This document shows positions 38,556-48,662 of a stretch of 64,000 bases of DNA, piece after piece; the stretch's first letter is position 1, and the number at the start of each line of letters is the position of its first letter. This DNA comes from an uncultured Cytophagales bacterium. Lineage in GTDB: Bacteria; Bacteroidota; Bacteroidia; Cytophagales; Cyclobacteriaceae. The stretch spans positions 95,719-159,718 of the forward strand of contig CALOCZ010000028.1 of assembly GCA_942491935.1 (NCBI GenBank), read 5' to 3'. Below the pieces are notes generated by a model. That model worked only from the letters and a program-made list of their open reading frames with translations, was not told the DNA's origin and searched no databases. Position numbers and translations under genes: made by a program.

Positions 38556-39715
38556 ATGGGAAATAAGATATTATTAATTTTTAGATCTGCGGGAATGATA
38601 CTTTTCATGGGTTTAATAGGATGGAGTTGTACATCTGACCAGATTGGGCTTGAATTACCGGAGATAGAGCAACCACCACCGCAGGCGTACATAGGCTCTG
38701 CAGAATGTGCAGTTTGTCATACGGATATATATAATTCATTTATTACGACAGGGCATCCGTACAAACTTATGAAAGTTGAAGGAGGGAAGCCACCGGAATA
38801 TCCGTTTACAATACTGGATTATACACCTTCAGGCTATACATGGGATAATCTGACCTATGTGATCGGTGGGTACTATTGGAAAGCGCGATACATTGACTCT
38901 AATGGATATATCGTTACAGGCGATGATGTGCAATGGAACTTTGAGACACAGGAGGCAGTTGCCTATCATGCGGATGAGGAGCGCCTGGCACAAAAATGTA
39001 TGATTGCGGTAGATGTCATACAACTGGTTGGGTAAGTGTTGATGATGGAGGTGATCCACAAGATGATCTGGATGGAATGGCCGGTGAATTTTATGCAACT
39101 GGAATACAATGTGAGGCCTGCCATGGAGAAGGTGCAATACATCAATATACCAAATCGAAAGATGATATCGTATTAGACCGGTCTTCAGAATTATGTGGAT
39201 CCTGCCATTATCGAAATGAGGACCATACCATCGCCGCAAGCGGTGGATTTATCAAGCATCATGAACAATACGATGAGATGATTGCTGCCGGTCACAGTGT
39301 ATTGAGTTGTAATGATTGCCACGATCCTCATAAAACCACTAAGCATGGTCAGATGGGTGGAATAACAAAGACGTGTACAGATTGTCATACGGAGATCGTT
39401 AATGGTCAGGACCACCGGGGTGTAGCGGATTGTGAGACATGTCATATGCCATATGCATCGAAGACTGCTGTTGCCCGTACTAAGTATCAGGCTGATATAA
39501 TGACACATATCTTTAAGATCAACGTGGATGCCGATGGGGAAATGTTCAATGAGGATGGTACATTAGCTAATGGATCTACTGGTGTTACACTTGATTATGT
39601 ATGTTATCGATGCCATAAAGATCCTGAGGGTGTAGGAGGAAGTCCTGATTTTCCCGCGACGTCCAGAAAGACTATGGAAGAATTATCAGAATACGCGACA
39701 GGATATCACGATTAA
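38556..39715 (+). pseudogene. octahaem c-type cytochrome lipoprotein, split by one frameshift
   Basis: ORFs 38556-39035 (frame 0) and 38996-39715 (frame 2) are collinear. Lipobox LIGWSC. Eight CXXCH in total (CAVCH; CGRCH, CEACH, CGSCH, CNDCH, CTDCH, CETCH, CYRCH). The frame change is within 38975-38996 (A5 run at 38992-38996). Confidence 0.7.
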
Positions 39716-39735
39716 TTTTAATCAATTAAAGACAT

Positions 39736-39772
39736 AAAAAAATCCCGCCTACTAGATGCAGGCGGGATTTTT
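39736..39772. terminator. bidirectional Rho-independent terminator between convergent genes
   Basis: A7 run, 10-bp stem AATCCCGCCT (39741-39750) / AGGCGGGATT (39760-39769), then a T5 run. Confidence 0.7.
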
Positions 39773-39793
39773 CATTTATAAAGTCTAATATTT

Positions 39794-40768
39794 TTATTCA
39801 TTAAGCCATCTGGCTGCATCCTTAGCATAATAAGTCAGTATAAGATCTGCACCGGCTCTCTTTATGGATGTAAGCATCTCCATGGCCACTTTCTGTTCAT
39901 CAATCCAACCCAGCTTGGCTGCCGCCTTTACCATGGAAAATTCACCACTCACATTGTAAGCAGCTACCGGAAGGTTAATTTGTGATTTCACTTTGTAAAT
40001 AATATCGAGATAGGCAAGCGCCGGCTTCACCATAATGATATCAGCGCCTTCATTTATATCTAATTCCACTTCATACATCGCCTCCCTGGTATTTGCCGGA
40101 TCCATCTGATAAGCTCTGCGGTCTCCAAATTGCGGCGTTGATTCTGCGGCTTCCCTGAACGGGCCGTAAAAACCTGATGCGTATTTTGCGGCATAGCTCA
40201 TGACAGGGATATTTTCAAAATTGTTATCATCCAGGCCTTTTCTGATGGCCCCAACCATACCATCCATCATCCCTGAAGGGGCTACCATATCTGCCCCGGC
40301 TCTGGCATGTGTCACTACCTGGTCGGAAAGCATTTGAAGAGTAGTGTCATTGTCAACTCCGCCATCTTTTATGGCTCCGCAATGGCCGTGATCCGTATAT
40401 TCACAGAAACAGACATCAGTAATAACGTACATTTCAGGAACAGCTTCCTTTACAGCTGAAACAGCCCGTTGGATGATGCCCTGGTCATTTACCGCATCAC
40501 TACCGGTAGCATCCTTATGGTCCGGAATACCAAATAATATTATGGCCTGAACACCCAGTGAGTAGGCGTCTCTTACTTCCTTGATAAGAAGGTCAATGGA
40601 TAGTTGATCATTACCTGGCATAGAACTGATAGGGTTCCTGACGTTTTTTCCTTCAACCACAAATAATGGCAGGATCAAATCATTAACTGTCAAGGTGGTT
40701 TCTCTAACCAGGTTTCGAATGGCGTCGTTTCTTCTTAACCTTCGGGGTCTATAATACGGTGTAAACAT
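39794..40768 (-). CDS. hemB: porphobilinogen synthase (delta-aminolevulinate dehydratase)
   Basis: 324 aa with the RPRRLR N-terminus, the Cys-rich metal site [14 protein letters not shown] and the active-site MVKPA. Confidence 0.9.
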   Translation of the reverse strand: MFTPYYRPRRLRRNDAIRNLVRETTLTVNDLILPLFVVEGKNVRNPISSMPGNDQLSIDLLIKEVRDAYSLGVQAIILFGIPDHKDATGSDAVNDQGIIQRAVSAVKEAVPEMYVITDVCFCEYTDHGHCGAIKDGGVDNDTTLQMLSDQVVTHARAGADMVAPSGMMDGMVGAIRKGLDDNNFENIPVMSYAAKYASGFYGPFREAAESTPQFGDRRAYQMDPANTREAMYEVELDINEGADIIMVKPALAYLDIIYKVKSQINLPVAAYNVSGEFSMVKAAAKLGWIDEQKVAMEMLTSIKRAGADLILTYYAKDAARWLNE

Positions 40769-40778
40769 ATCAAAAAAT

Positions 40779-42170
40779 TTATACGGTTCTTGAAAATTGT
40801 GGTTTATCCTTTTCTTTTTTCATTAGATACTCATCAAATTTCATGGCAATATTTCTAATCAACAATCGGCCGCCATTTGTAACCGACAATTTATCGCTTT
40901 CCAGTTCAATAAGACCATCATCCTGCAACGATTGAAGTTCTTCCAAAGCATCCTTAAAATGAACATCAAAATTGATGTTGTATTTTGTTTCAATCTTTTT
41001 CTTGCTCAACCGGAAATTGCACATTAATTCTGTGATCACATCCCTTCTAAGAATATCTTCCTCATTCAGAATTATCCCGCGCATAATGGGTAATTGGTCC
41101 TGATCAATCAGCGTATAGTATTCTTTAAGGGTTTTAACATTTTGCATATAAGTGTCAGAAAGCATGGCTATACTTGTTATCCCCAGTGCAAATAGGTTAA
41201 TGCCCGCGTGGGTTGAATAACCCTGGAAATTTCTGTATAAGGTGCCATTCTCCAATGCGATGGTCAATTCGTCATCAGGCTTTGCGAAATGGTCCATTCC
41301 AATATAGGTATATCCCGCATCAGATAACTTATCAATACTCAGTTTCAGCAATTGCAGTTTTTCTTCTCTTGGAGGAATCCATTCTTCTTTTATTAATTTC
41401 TGATGCTTGATTATGCTGGGTAGGTGTGCATAATTAAATACAGCAAACCTGTCTGGATTCATAGATAAAACCTTATCAATAGTTTCATAAAAAGAATCTA
41501 CTTTCTGGAAAGGCAGCCCATACATCAAGTCCAGGTTTATACTCTTAAAACCAAGCTCCCTTGACCAATCAACTGTTTGACGGGTTATATCTTCAGGTTG
41601 GATCCGGTTAACCGTTTCCTGTACCTTGGCATCAAAATCCTGAACACCCATGCTGCACCGATTGAATCCCATATCACTAAGGGCCTTCATGTGGTCATAA
41701 GTAAGCTCGCGTGGATCTATTTCTACTCCCACCTCAGCGTTCGTTTGAAAATCAAAATTATCATGGATAATATTCCCCAATCTACGTATTTGATCGGGTG
41801 ACAGATGTGTTGGTGTTCCACCGCCCCAATGGAGCTGAATAATTTTTCTCTTCCCGTCAATATGACGTTTTAAGACCTGGATCTCTTTTTCAATGTAATC
41901 GATATATGTTTCGATCTTATCATAATTCCGGGTAACCATCATATTGCAACCACAGAAATAACAAAGTGTATCGCAAAATGGTAAATGGAAATATAAAGAA
42001 AGGTCGGAATTTTCTAAAGAAGAGTTGTCCTGGGAAATATGAGTAATATATTCCTCATAGCCAATACCTTCGTGAAAATAAGGAGCAGTCGGGTAACTGG
42101 TATATCGTGGACCCGGCTGGTCATATTTCTTAAGAAGGTCTAAATCAACTGAAATTTTATCTTGGAACAT
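40779..42170 (-). CDS. hemN: oxygen-independent coproporphyrinogen III oxidase (radical SAM)
   Basis: 463 aa with PRYTSYPTA and the [15 protein letters not shown] radical-SAM motif. Confidence 0.9.
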   Translation of the reverse strand: MFQDKISVDLDLLKKYDQPGPRYTSYPTAPYFHEGIGYEEYITHISQDNSSLENSDLSLYFHLPFCDTLCYFCGCNMMVTRNYDKIETYIDYIEKEIQVLKRHIDGKRKIIQLHWGGGTPTHLSPDQIRRLGNIIHDNFDFQTNAEVGVEIDPRELTYDHMKALSDMGFNRCSMGVQDFDAKVQETVNRIQPEDITRQTVDWSRELGFKSINLDLMYGLPFQKVDSFYETIDKVLSMNPDRFAVFNYAHLPSIIKHQKLIKEEWIPPREEKLQLLKLSIDKLSDAGYTYIGMDHFAKPDDELTIALENGTLYRNFQGYSTHAGINLFALGITSIAMLSDTYMQNVKTLKEYYTLIDQDQLPIMRGIILNEEDILRRDVITELMCNFRLSKKKIETKYNINFDVHFKDALEELQSLQDDGLIELESDKLSVTNGGRLLIRNIAMKFDEYLMKKEKDKPQFSRTV

Positions 42171-42200
42171 ATTTGAAAAATAATTTAATCCTATTAATTA

Positions 42201-43253
42201 TTAAACTGCTCGAGCATGCAGCTTTTCGCTTATTTCACGCACTGTATCAACCAGGAAATATACGTTATCCACAGGAATGTCTGGTAAAATACCATGACCC
42301 AGGTTAAAAACATGCCCGCTATCAGGTCCAAAAACTTCCAGTACCCTGGTCACTTCTTTTCTGATGATGTCATGGCTGCCATATAATGTTGTGGGATCCA
42401 GGTTCCCCTGAAGTGCAAAATTTGTGCCCAGCAGATTTTTTGCTTCTTTCAAATCAGTCATCCAGTCGATACCGATCATATTTGCGCTGCTGTCAGACAA
42501 TTGTTTGGCCAGTTCGATTCCGCCTTTGCTGAACAAAGTTACCGGAACACCAAATTTTTTAAGATTAGCAGCTATTTGTTTCATATACCTGGCTGAAAAT
42601 GGTTCATATAAATGAACTGGCAAAATTCCTCCCCAGGTATCGAATAATTGAACAGCCTGAACTCCCGCCTCAATCTGCATGACCAGGTACCTGCTTACGG
42701 CTTCAGTCAGCATTTCCAACAATGATGTAAGTCGTTGTGGATCATGATACAGCATTTGCTTAATGAATTTGAAATTTCTGGTAGGTTTACCTTCTATCAT
42801 ATAAGTAGCTAAAGTAAAAGGAGATCCACTAAATCCGATCAATGGAGTTTTGCCACCTAATTCAGTACTTATCATTTTTATGGCATCCCCCACATAAGAT
42901 AATTTAGATTCTATATCCTGAAGATTTAACTTTTCGATATCCTTATCCAGTAAGATCTGAGGAGATAGTTTTGGGCCATGATTTTCCAGAAATGCAAGGT
43001 TTTGCCCTAACGCTTCCGGAATGACCAAAATGTCTGAGAACAGGATAGCTGCATCAAAACCGAACCGTCTTATTGGTTGTAAAGTAACCTCTGTAGCCAG
43101 TTCCGGTGTTTTACATACCGTTATAAAATCATGTTTTTTTCTTACATCCATATATTCCGGTAAATAGCGGCCTGCCTGCCTCATGATCCATATTGGGGTC
43201 CGTTTTACCGGTTTCTTATTAATTGAATCAATATATAAATAATTGTTGCTCAT
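42201..43253 (-). CDS. hemE: uroporphyrinogen decarboxylase
   Basis: 350 aa with the IWIMRQAGRYLPEY signature. Confidence 0.9.
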   Translation of the reverse strand: MSNNYLYIDSINKKPVKRTPIWIMRQAGRYLPEYMDVRKKHDFITVCKTPELATEVTLQPIRRFGFDAAILFSDILVIPEALGQNLAFLENHGPKLSPQILLDKDIEKLNLQDIESKLSYVGDAIKMISTELGGKTPLIGFSGSPFTLATYMIEGKPTRNFKFIKQMLYHDPQRLTSLLEMLTEAVSRYLVMQIEAGVQAVQLFDTWGGILPVHLYEPFSARYMKQIAANLKKFGVPVTLFSKGGIELAKQLSDSSANMIGIDWMTDLKEAKNLLGTNFALQGNLDPTTLYGSHDIIRKEVTRVLEVFGPDSGHVFNLGHGILPDIPVDNVYFLVDTVREISEKLHARAV

Positions 43254-43311
43254 TTCATTAATTTAATTACAATCCAGAATCGTATTTCTTTTAGGTAAAA
43301 ATATGGGCCGA

Positions 43312-44241
43312 TCACTCTTGTTTAGAACTGAAGTTATCCAATAAAGTTTTGGCTCCTTGCTTTAATAGTTTTTCGGCCAGTGTCCTCCCGGCTAAAACAG
43401 AATTTTCCATATCGGACTCTACCTGATCATGGATTATTTTCTTACCGTCTTCACTTGCTACAAAACCCCGAATGCTTAGTTTGTTATCAGATACTCGAGC
43501 ATATGATCCTACTGGAAACTGACAACCGCTGTCGAGGGTAAATAATAATTCTCTTTCAGCAGACACAGCGTGAAAAGTTTCAAGGTGGTTAATCGACTGT
43601 AAAACTTCTGCAATATCCTTGTCTTTCTTACGAATTTGTATCCCTACAGCTCCCTGTCCAACAGCGGGGATCATATTGTCAGTAGCAAATTCCTTAAAAT
43701 TTACATTCTCAAGATTCAACCTGATAATGGCTGCCTTAGCCATGATTATAGCATCCAGGTTCTGGGCATTGAGTTTGCTGAGCCTTGTATCTATATTTCC
43801 GCGTAAATCGGAGATCAATAGATCAGGCCTCATATTTAATAATTGTGATTTTCTTCGGATGCTTCCAGTAGCGATTCTGGCATTTTCAGGTAATTGTTCA
43901 AGTGAGAGGCCTTCTTTAGTAACCAGGACATCTTCGACTGGCCCTCTTTCCGGGACAGCCCCTAAAACAAGCTCTTCCGGCATTTTTGAAGGAAGGTCTT
44001 TTAAGGAATGAACAGCAACGTCTATTTGATCTGTCAATAAAGCCCTTTCAATTTCCTTAGTAAATATTCCCTGACCTCCGATCTGGGTTAGTGAGGATTT
44101 TTGATCCAGGTCACCTTCTGTTTTAATTATTACCTGTGTGAAATTAATTCCTGGATTCAGTTTTTCCAGCATCTCTCTTACATAAGTCGCTTGCCATAAT
44201 GCCAGATTGCTTCCCCTGGTTCCAACGCGGATCGTTCGCAT
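43312..44241 (-). CDS. hemC: hydroxymethylbilane synthase (porphobilinogen deaminase)
   Basis: 309 aa with RVGTRGSNLALWQA and DLRGNIDTRL. There is no fused HemD domain at this length. Confidence 0.9.
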   Translation of the reverse strand: MRTIRVGTRGSNLALWQATYVREMLEKLNPGINFTQVIIKTEGDLDQKSSLTQIGGQGIFTKEIERALLTDQIDVAVHSLKDLPSKMPEELVLGAVPERGPVEDVLVTKEGLSLEQLPENARIATGSIRRKSQLLNMRPDLLISDLRGNIDTRLSKLNAQNLDAIIMAKAAIIRLNLENVNFKEFATDNMIPAVGQGAVGIQIRKKDKDIAEVLQSINHLETFHAVSAERELLFTLDSGCQFPVGSYARVSDNKLSIRGFVASEDGKKIIHDQVESDMENSVLAGRTLAEKLLKQGAKTLLDNFSSKQE

Positions 44242-44245
44242 ATAT

Positions 44246-45553
44246 CTATTTATCTAAGTCTATTTCGTACAAATTATATATCAGGTCGATGTGCTGCTTA
44301 TATTTTTCCGGATCACCAGCATTCTTTTTCAGGGATTTCATATGTTGGCGCACCAATTTATTAATCACATTCTGGGTGTAGTTATCAAGTTCCTTCTGGT
44401 ATCCATTTTCAGGAAACTGCTTTCGCATCCTGGTCATTTCATTATGGTGAAGTTTTTCAAAATGGCTTTTTAGCTTACTAATGATTGTGGCCATTGAATT
44501 GGTAGATACCCAGCTTTTAAACTCATCAAGATATTCCTCCACAATCTTTGATGCTTTAGGGATTTCCAATCTTCTTTTCTCCAGGTTTTGCTCAACTATC
44601 CCATTGAGATCATCCAGGTTGTAAAGGTATACGTTATTAAGGTGCTCAATTTTCGGATCTATATCCCTGGGGATGGCCAGGTCAATCAGGAAAATGGATT
44701 CATAGTATTTTTTTCTGATGATTTCTTTCATCATGCTATTGGTGATCACATAATCATCACTTGAAGTTGCAGAGATCACTATATCGGTTTCCTCCAATGC
44801 AGCGTTCAACTCACCAAGGGTAAAAGCTTTACCTCCAAATTTTTCAGCGAGTTCTTCAGCTTTGCTCAGGGTACGGTTGGCAACATTGATGGCTTTTACA
44901 TTGTTTTCAAGGAAGTGGACAGCGGCTAATTCAGCGGTTTTCCCTGCTCCAACCAGCAATATCCGCTTATCGGTAAGGTCGCCGAATATTTTCCTGGCCA
45001 GCTCCACCCCTGCAAAACTGACAGACACTGTTCCATCAGAAAGAAAGGTTTCATTTCTAACCTTTTTCTTAACCTGCATCCCAAAATTATACAGCTTATT
45101 CAATACTGCATCTGTAGCATCCAGATGATGGGCAAAGTTATAGCAATCTTTCACCTGGCCTGTTATCTGCATTTCCCCAACAATTTGAGAATCAATACCG
45201 CAAATCACATTATAAAAATGACTTACAGCTTCTGATCCAAATTTCTCATAGGTGATATTCCCATCGGTGTAATAAGGACATTTCTTATACGTGGCAAGCA
45301 TTTGCTTTAAAGCAGGAAGAATAATATCTGGTTTTTCAGCACTTATATAGAATTCAGTCCGGTTACAGGTTGACAGGATCAGGATGCCCTGAACCTCAAT
45401 TCCATTAACATCAAAATCTTCAGTGATCTTTTTTATAATCCCCTTCTGTTCTTTCTCATTGAGAGATACGAGTTCCCTTATTTCTACAGAAGCTGTTTTA
45501 TGGGAAATCCCTAGAACTCCTAATGCAATATGGCTATCCTGATTATCCCTCAT
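44246..45553 (-). CDS. hemA: glutamyl-tRNA reductase
   Basis: 435 aa with GISHKTASVEIRE, STCNRTEFY and the NAD fold LVGAGKTAE. Confidence 0.9.
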   Translation of the reverse strand: MRDNQDSHIALGVLGISHKTASVEIRELVSLNEKEQKGIIKKITEDFDVNGIEVQGILILSTCNRTEFYISAEKPDIILPALKQMLATYKKCPYYTDGNITYEKFGSEAVSHFYNVICGIDSQIVGEMQITGQVKDCYNFAHHLDATDAVLNKLYNFGMQVKKKVRNETFLSDGTVSVSFAGVELARKIFGDLTDKRILLVGAGKTAELAAVHFLENNVKAINVANRTLSKAEELAEKFGGKAFTLGELNAALEETDIVISATSSDDYVITNSMMKEIIRKKYYESIFLIDLAIPRDIDPKIEHLNNVYLYNLDDLNGIVEQNLEKRRLEIPKASKIVEEYLDEFKSWVSTNSMATIISKLKSHFEKLHHNEMTRMRKQFPENGYQKELDNYTQNVINKLVRQHMKSLKKNAGDPEKYKQHIDLIYNLYEIDLDK

Positions 45554-45555
45554 CC

Positions 45556-46380
45556 TTAATTAAACTCATGAAACGTTTCTGTAATATAAACAATCATAAA
45601 TCCTCCAACTACTAAGATAAAATAACCGGCAATTGACAAATATGCCATCTTCTTTCCATTTAATCTAAGATACTGGGCAATTATATATCCGGTAAGATAT
45701 AATGCCCATACTATATCCGTTGCGATCACTTTCATATCATTTGGCCAGAATTCACCCATAATAGCTTCTGCCTGAATATGTCCTAGCAATAACCCAATTC
45801 CAAGTAGGATAATTCCTATAAATGCAGATTGTATACTCATTTTCTCAAGGAATGAAAGCGCAGGAAGTTGGTTAAATAGCTTCCCTAAATTGCGTTTTTT
45901 AAGGTTGTGGTTTTGTATGATATACATAATGGCATACAAAGTAGACAAGGACATCGCAGTATAACCCATTATTGATAGTGATGCATGTAAGGCAAATGTA
46001 GGACTTGTTAAAAGTTCGTTGGTTTCTACCTCCCATGACAAGTTAAATGACGATATTAATTCAAGGATAAAAGCAAAGAAAAGGATAAAGATACCTGAGC
46101 CCCGGATTTTCAACCTTAGTTCAATGATCATGTACACAAATAAAATTGAAAAGGCTAAAAAGCTTAATGCATCATGAATCGTTGATAGTGGGATTGATTT
46201 CAGAACTGCATGCCTTAAGCCTATATCTGTACCGTGAATAATCAGCAGAATCCCTAAAAACAGGGTTGTCTTGTGCGTCCAGCTCTTTTTCTTTCCGGTA
46301 AATATTATATAATAAATATATATAACAGCCAGATATAAAATCGGCAGCAGGTAACTTAGAGTTTGACTGGCGACTTTCAT
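45556..46380 (-). CDS. cytochrome c assembly (CcsA) family paralogue, HemX/YpjD-like
   Basis: 274 aa with 8 TM helices. The position of the CcsA Trp-rich motif reads MGEFWPNDMKVIATD (degenerate). It ends 3 nt before hemA. Confidence 0.65.
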   Translation of the reverse strand: MKVASQTLSYLLPILYLAVIYIYYIIFTGKKKSWTHKTTLFLGILLIIHGTDIGLRHAVLKSIPLSTIHDALSFLAFSILFVYMIIELRLKIRGSGIFILFFAFILELISSFNLSWEVETNELLTSPTFALHASLSIMGYTAMSLSTLYAIMYIIQNHNLKKRNLGKLFNQLPALSFLEKMSIQSAFIGIILLGIGLLLGHIQAEAIMGEFWPNDMKVIATDIVWALYLTGYIIAQYLRLNGKKMAYLSIAGYFILVVGGFMIVYITETFHEFN

Positions 46381-46535
46381 TTTTTTACTTTCTTAATATA
46401 TAATAATATCTCATCCGAGGATATAAAATATCCTTAAATATACGAGTTTTTCAAATATTGAAATATGACATGTATCAGACAAATATTTGACATACACTCA
46501 GTTATAATTTATTTATTAACCGGATCAGGTAAATT

Positions 46536-48662
46536 TTAATCATCAGACTCATCTGTTAGCTCACCCTGGACTTCCAGCTTATTTTTCAAATTGATATCAT
46601 TAATAACAGCTAAAACACTTATTATAGTTATTCCTCCAATCATATAATATATAAAAGATGGAACAGGAACCGGATCCCCCTGCGCATAAGAGTGTAATCC
46701 TGACAGGTAATAATTTACTCCAAAATATGTCATCAATACCGCACCAAATCCAATATGAGCCATAAAGTTTATTGAAAAAAGGTTCCTCATTCCTGGAATC
46801 AGCCGCATATGAAGGATGAATGTATAAACAATAATTGTAACAAGCGACCAGGTTTCCTTTGGATCCCAACCCCAGTATCGTCCCCAGGATTCATTGGCCC
46901 AAATTCCTCCAAGGAAGTTGCCAATAACCAATAATATCAATCCAACCATAAGCGACATTTCAATTATAATGGTTAATTCTTTCAATTTCAGATTAATTCT
47001 CTCATGGTTGGCCTGATTCCTGAAAATCATAATTACAAGATTAATAATTCCTATCATTGAAGCCAGTCCAAAGAACCCATAACTAGCGGTAATGGTTGCC
47101 ACATGGAATGTAAGCCAATACGATTTCAATACAGGGACAAGGTTAGTAATTTCAGGATTCAACCAGCTCATGTGTGCTGTAAGCAGTGTAATCCCCGCCA
47201 AAATGGTGGTTGCCGATAATGTCATTGGAGATTTTTTATAGAAAATAAATCCTGCAAGCATCGTGGCCCATGCAATATATATCATGGATTCATATCCATC
47301 ACTCCAGGGGGCATGTCCGGAAATATACCATCGTAGCCCTAATCCGAATGTTTGAAAAACAAAGGCTGCCATGAGAAGCATATAGAATACCCTGATTATT
47401 TTTTTGAACTCAAGACTGGGTTTAAACAATTGAATGATAAACAATCCCAAAAGGATAAGGCCTATGGTCATGTAAATCGGGAAAAGCCGTTTAAAAATAT
47501 TAAACTTATTGTAAAAGATCTCCAGTTTCAATTTAGTATTGGAGGGTATGATAGCCTTCCCATATTTTTGCTGATGTTCCTTGATTTCTGACAAAACCTC
47601 TTCAGCTTTCTGATAATTTCCTGTGGTTATGCTTTTACTAATGGTTTCTCTTATATTGTCAAGATAGGTGGTTCTGTTTGTTGCAACAGTATCTTTTATC
47701 CGGATCTTTGCAAGTGAAACCCAGGTGTTTTCCTTATTGTCAGGAATAGGGTATACCCGGAATAAAGATCCGTTATATACCATATTGCTTACATTAACCC
47801 TTTCATCTACATTGATAATTTCCTTATCAATTTTTGATCGCAGGGCAGGGGACATGGCATAAATCCTGTCAACTTCACTTTTCAATTTATAAATGCCCCT
47901 TTCGTCAAAAAAGTCATTGTAACTGGCAAAATTATCTTTGATTCCAATGAGTTTCTGAACATCAGCTTCATAAATTTTAATCATTGGTTTGTTTTGCCAA
48001 ACATCCGGCATGATCAGCATTCCCAGGAATACCTGGTCGGCGTTCATCTTTTCAAAGGACGTTTTCTTATATATTTTAACAAGTGAATTATTGGCAATCG
48101 TGTTTAATGGGATTATCCTGCCGTCTTTGTTTTGAACCAATAGTTTACCGAATGATTCTGCAAAATCTTTATCAATTTTAGTTGCTCCCGTTTGAGCATT
48201 TGCATTATCTGTAAAAAACAGGAATGAAAGCAAGAATATTACAGATACTGCTATCTTCTTTCTCTGTGCATGCACTTCATTCATTTGTTTGGTTAGCCGG
48301 GCAAACCGCGTATTTGGAGTAAAAAGAGATAATGTAAGGGACACAAATAATAAGGTATAGCCTATATATGTGATAAGCGTTCCCCAGAAATCATGATTTA
48401 CCGAGAGGACTGTCCCCTGTTCATCCTGATCATATGAGGATTGATAAAACCGATACCCTTTGTAATCCAATACATTGTTCATGAAAATACGGAAAGGTCT
48501 TTCTTCCGCTGCATTCTTGTCAATGAGTACAATATCACTCGCAAAGGAAGAGGGACTTTGAGAGCCCGGATAGCGTTCCAGTTCAAATTTGTTGAGTTTT
48601 AGCTCAAAAGGAATGGTATAAACCTGATTCCCTATATTCATTGTAAATTGTATGTCATCCAT
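46536..48662 (-). CDS. ccsBA: System II cytochrome c maturation protein, ResB(CcsB)-CcsA fusion, 5'-truncated at the sequence join
   Basis: 708 aa. The N-terminal part matches the end of the ResB periplasmic domain (ERYPGSQSPSSFASDIVLID). The C-terminal part carries the canonical WGRYWGWDPKETW motif. The N-terminal ResB TM/His region is missing. Confidence 0.75.
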   Translation of the reverse strand: MDDIQFTMNIGNQVYTIPFELKLNKFELERYPGSQSPSSFASDIVLIDKNAAEERPFRIFMNNVLDYKGYRFYQSSYDQDEQGTVLSVNHDFWGTLITYIGYTLLFVSLTLSLFTPNTRFARLTKQMNEVHAQRKKIAVSVIFLLSFLFFTDNANAQTGATKIDKDFAESFGKLLVQNKDGRIIPLNTIANNSLVKIYKKTSFEKMNADQVFLGMLIMPDVWQNKPMIKIYEADVQKLIGIKDNFASYNDFFDERGIYKLKSEVDRIYAMSPALRSKIDKEIINVDERVNVSNMVYNGSLFRVYPIPDNKENTWVSLAKIRIKDTVATNRTTYLDNIRETISKSITTGNYQKAEEVLSEIKEHQQKYGKAIIPSNTKLKLEIFYNKFNIFKRLFPIYMTIGLILLGLFIIQLFKPSLEFKKIIRVFYMLLMAAFVFQTFGLGLRWYISGHAPWSDGYESMIYIAWATMLAGFIFYKKSPMTLSATTILAGITLLTAHMSWLNPEITNLVPVLKSYWLTFHVATITASYGFFGLASMIGIINLVIMIFRNQANHERINLKLKELTIIIEMSLMVGLILLVIGNFLGGIWANESWGRYWGWDPKETWSLVTIIVYTFILHMRLIPGMRNLFSINFMAHIGFGAVLMTYFGVNYYLSGLHSYAQGDPVPVPSFIYYMIGGITIISVLAVINDINLKNKLEVQGELTDESDD

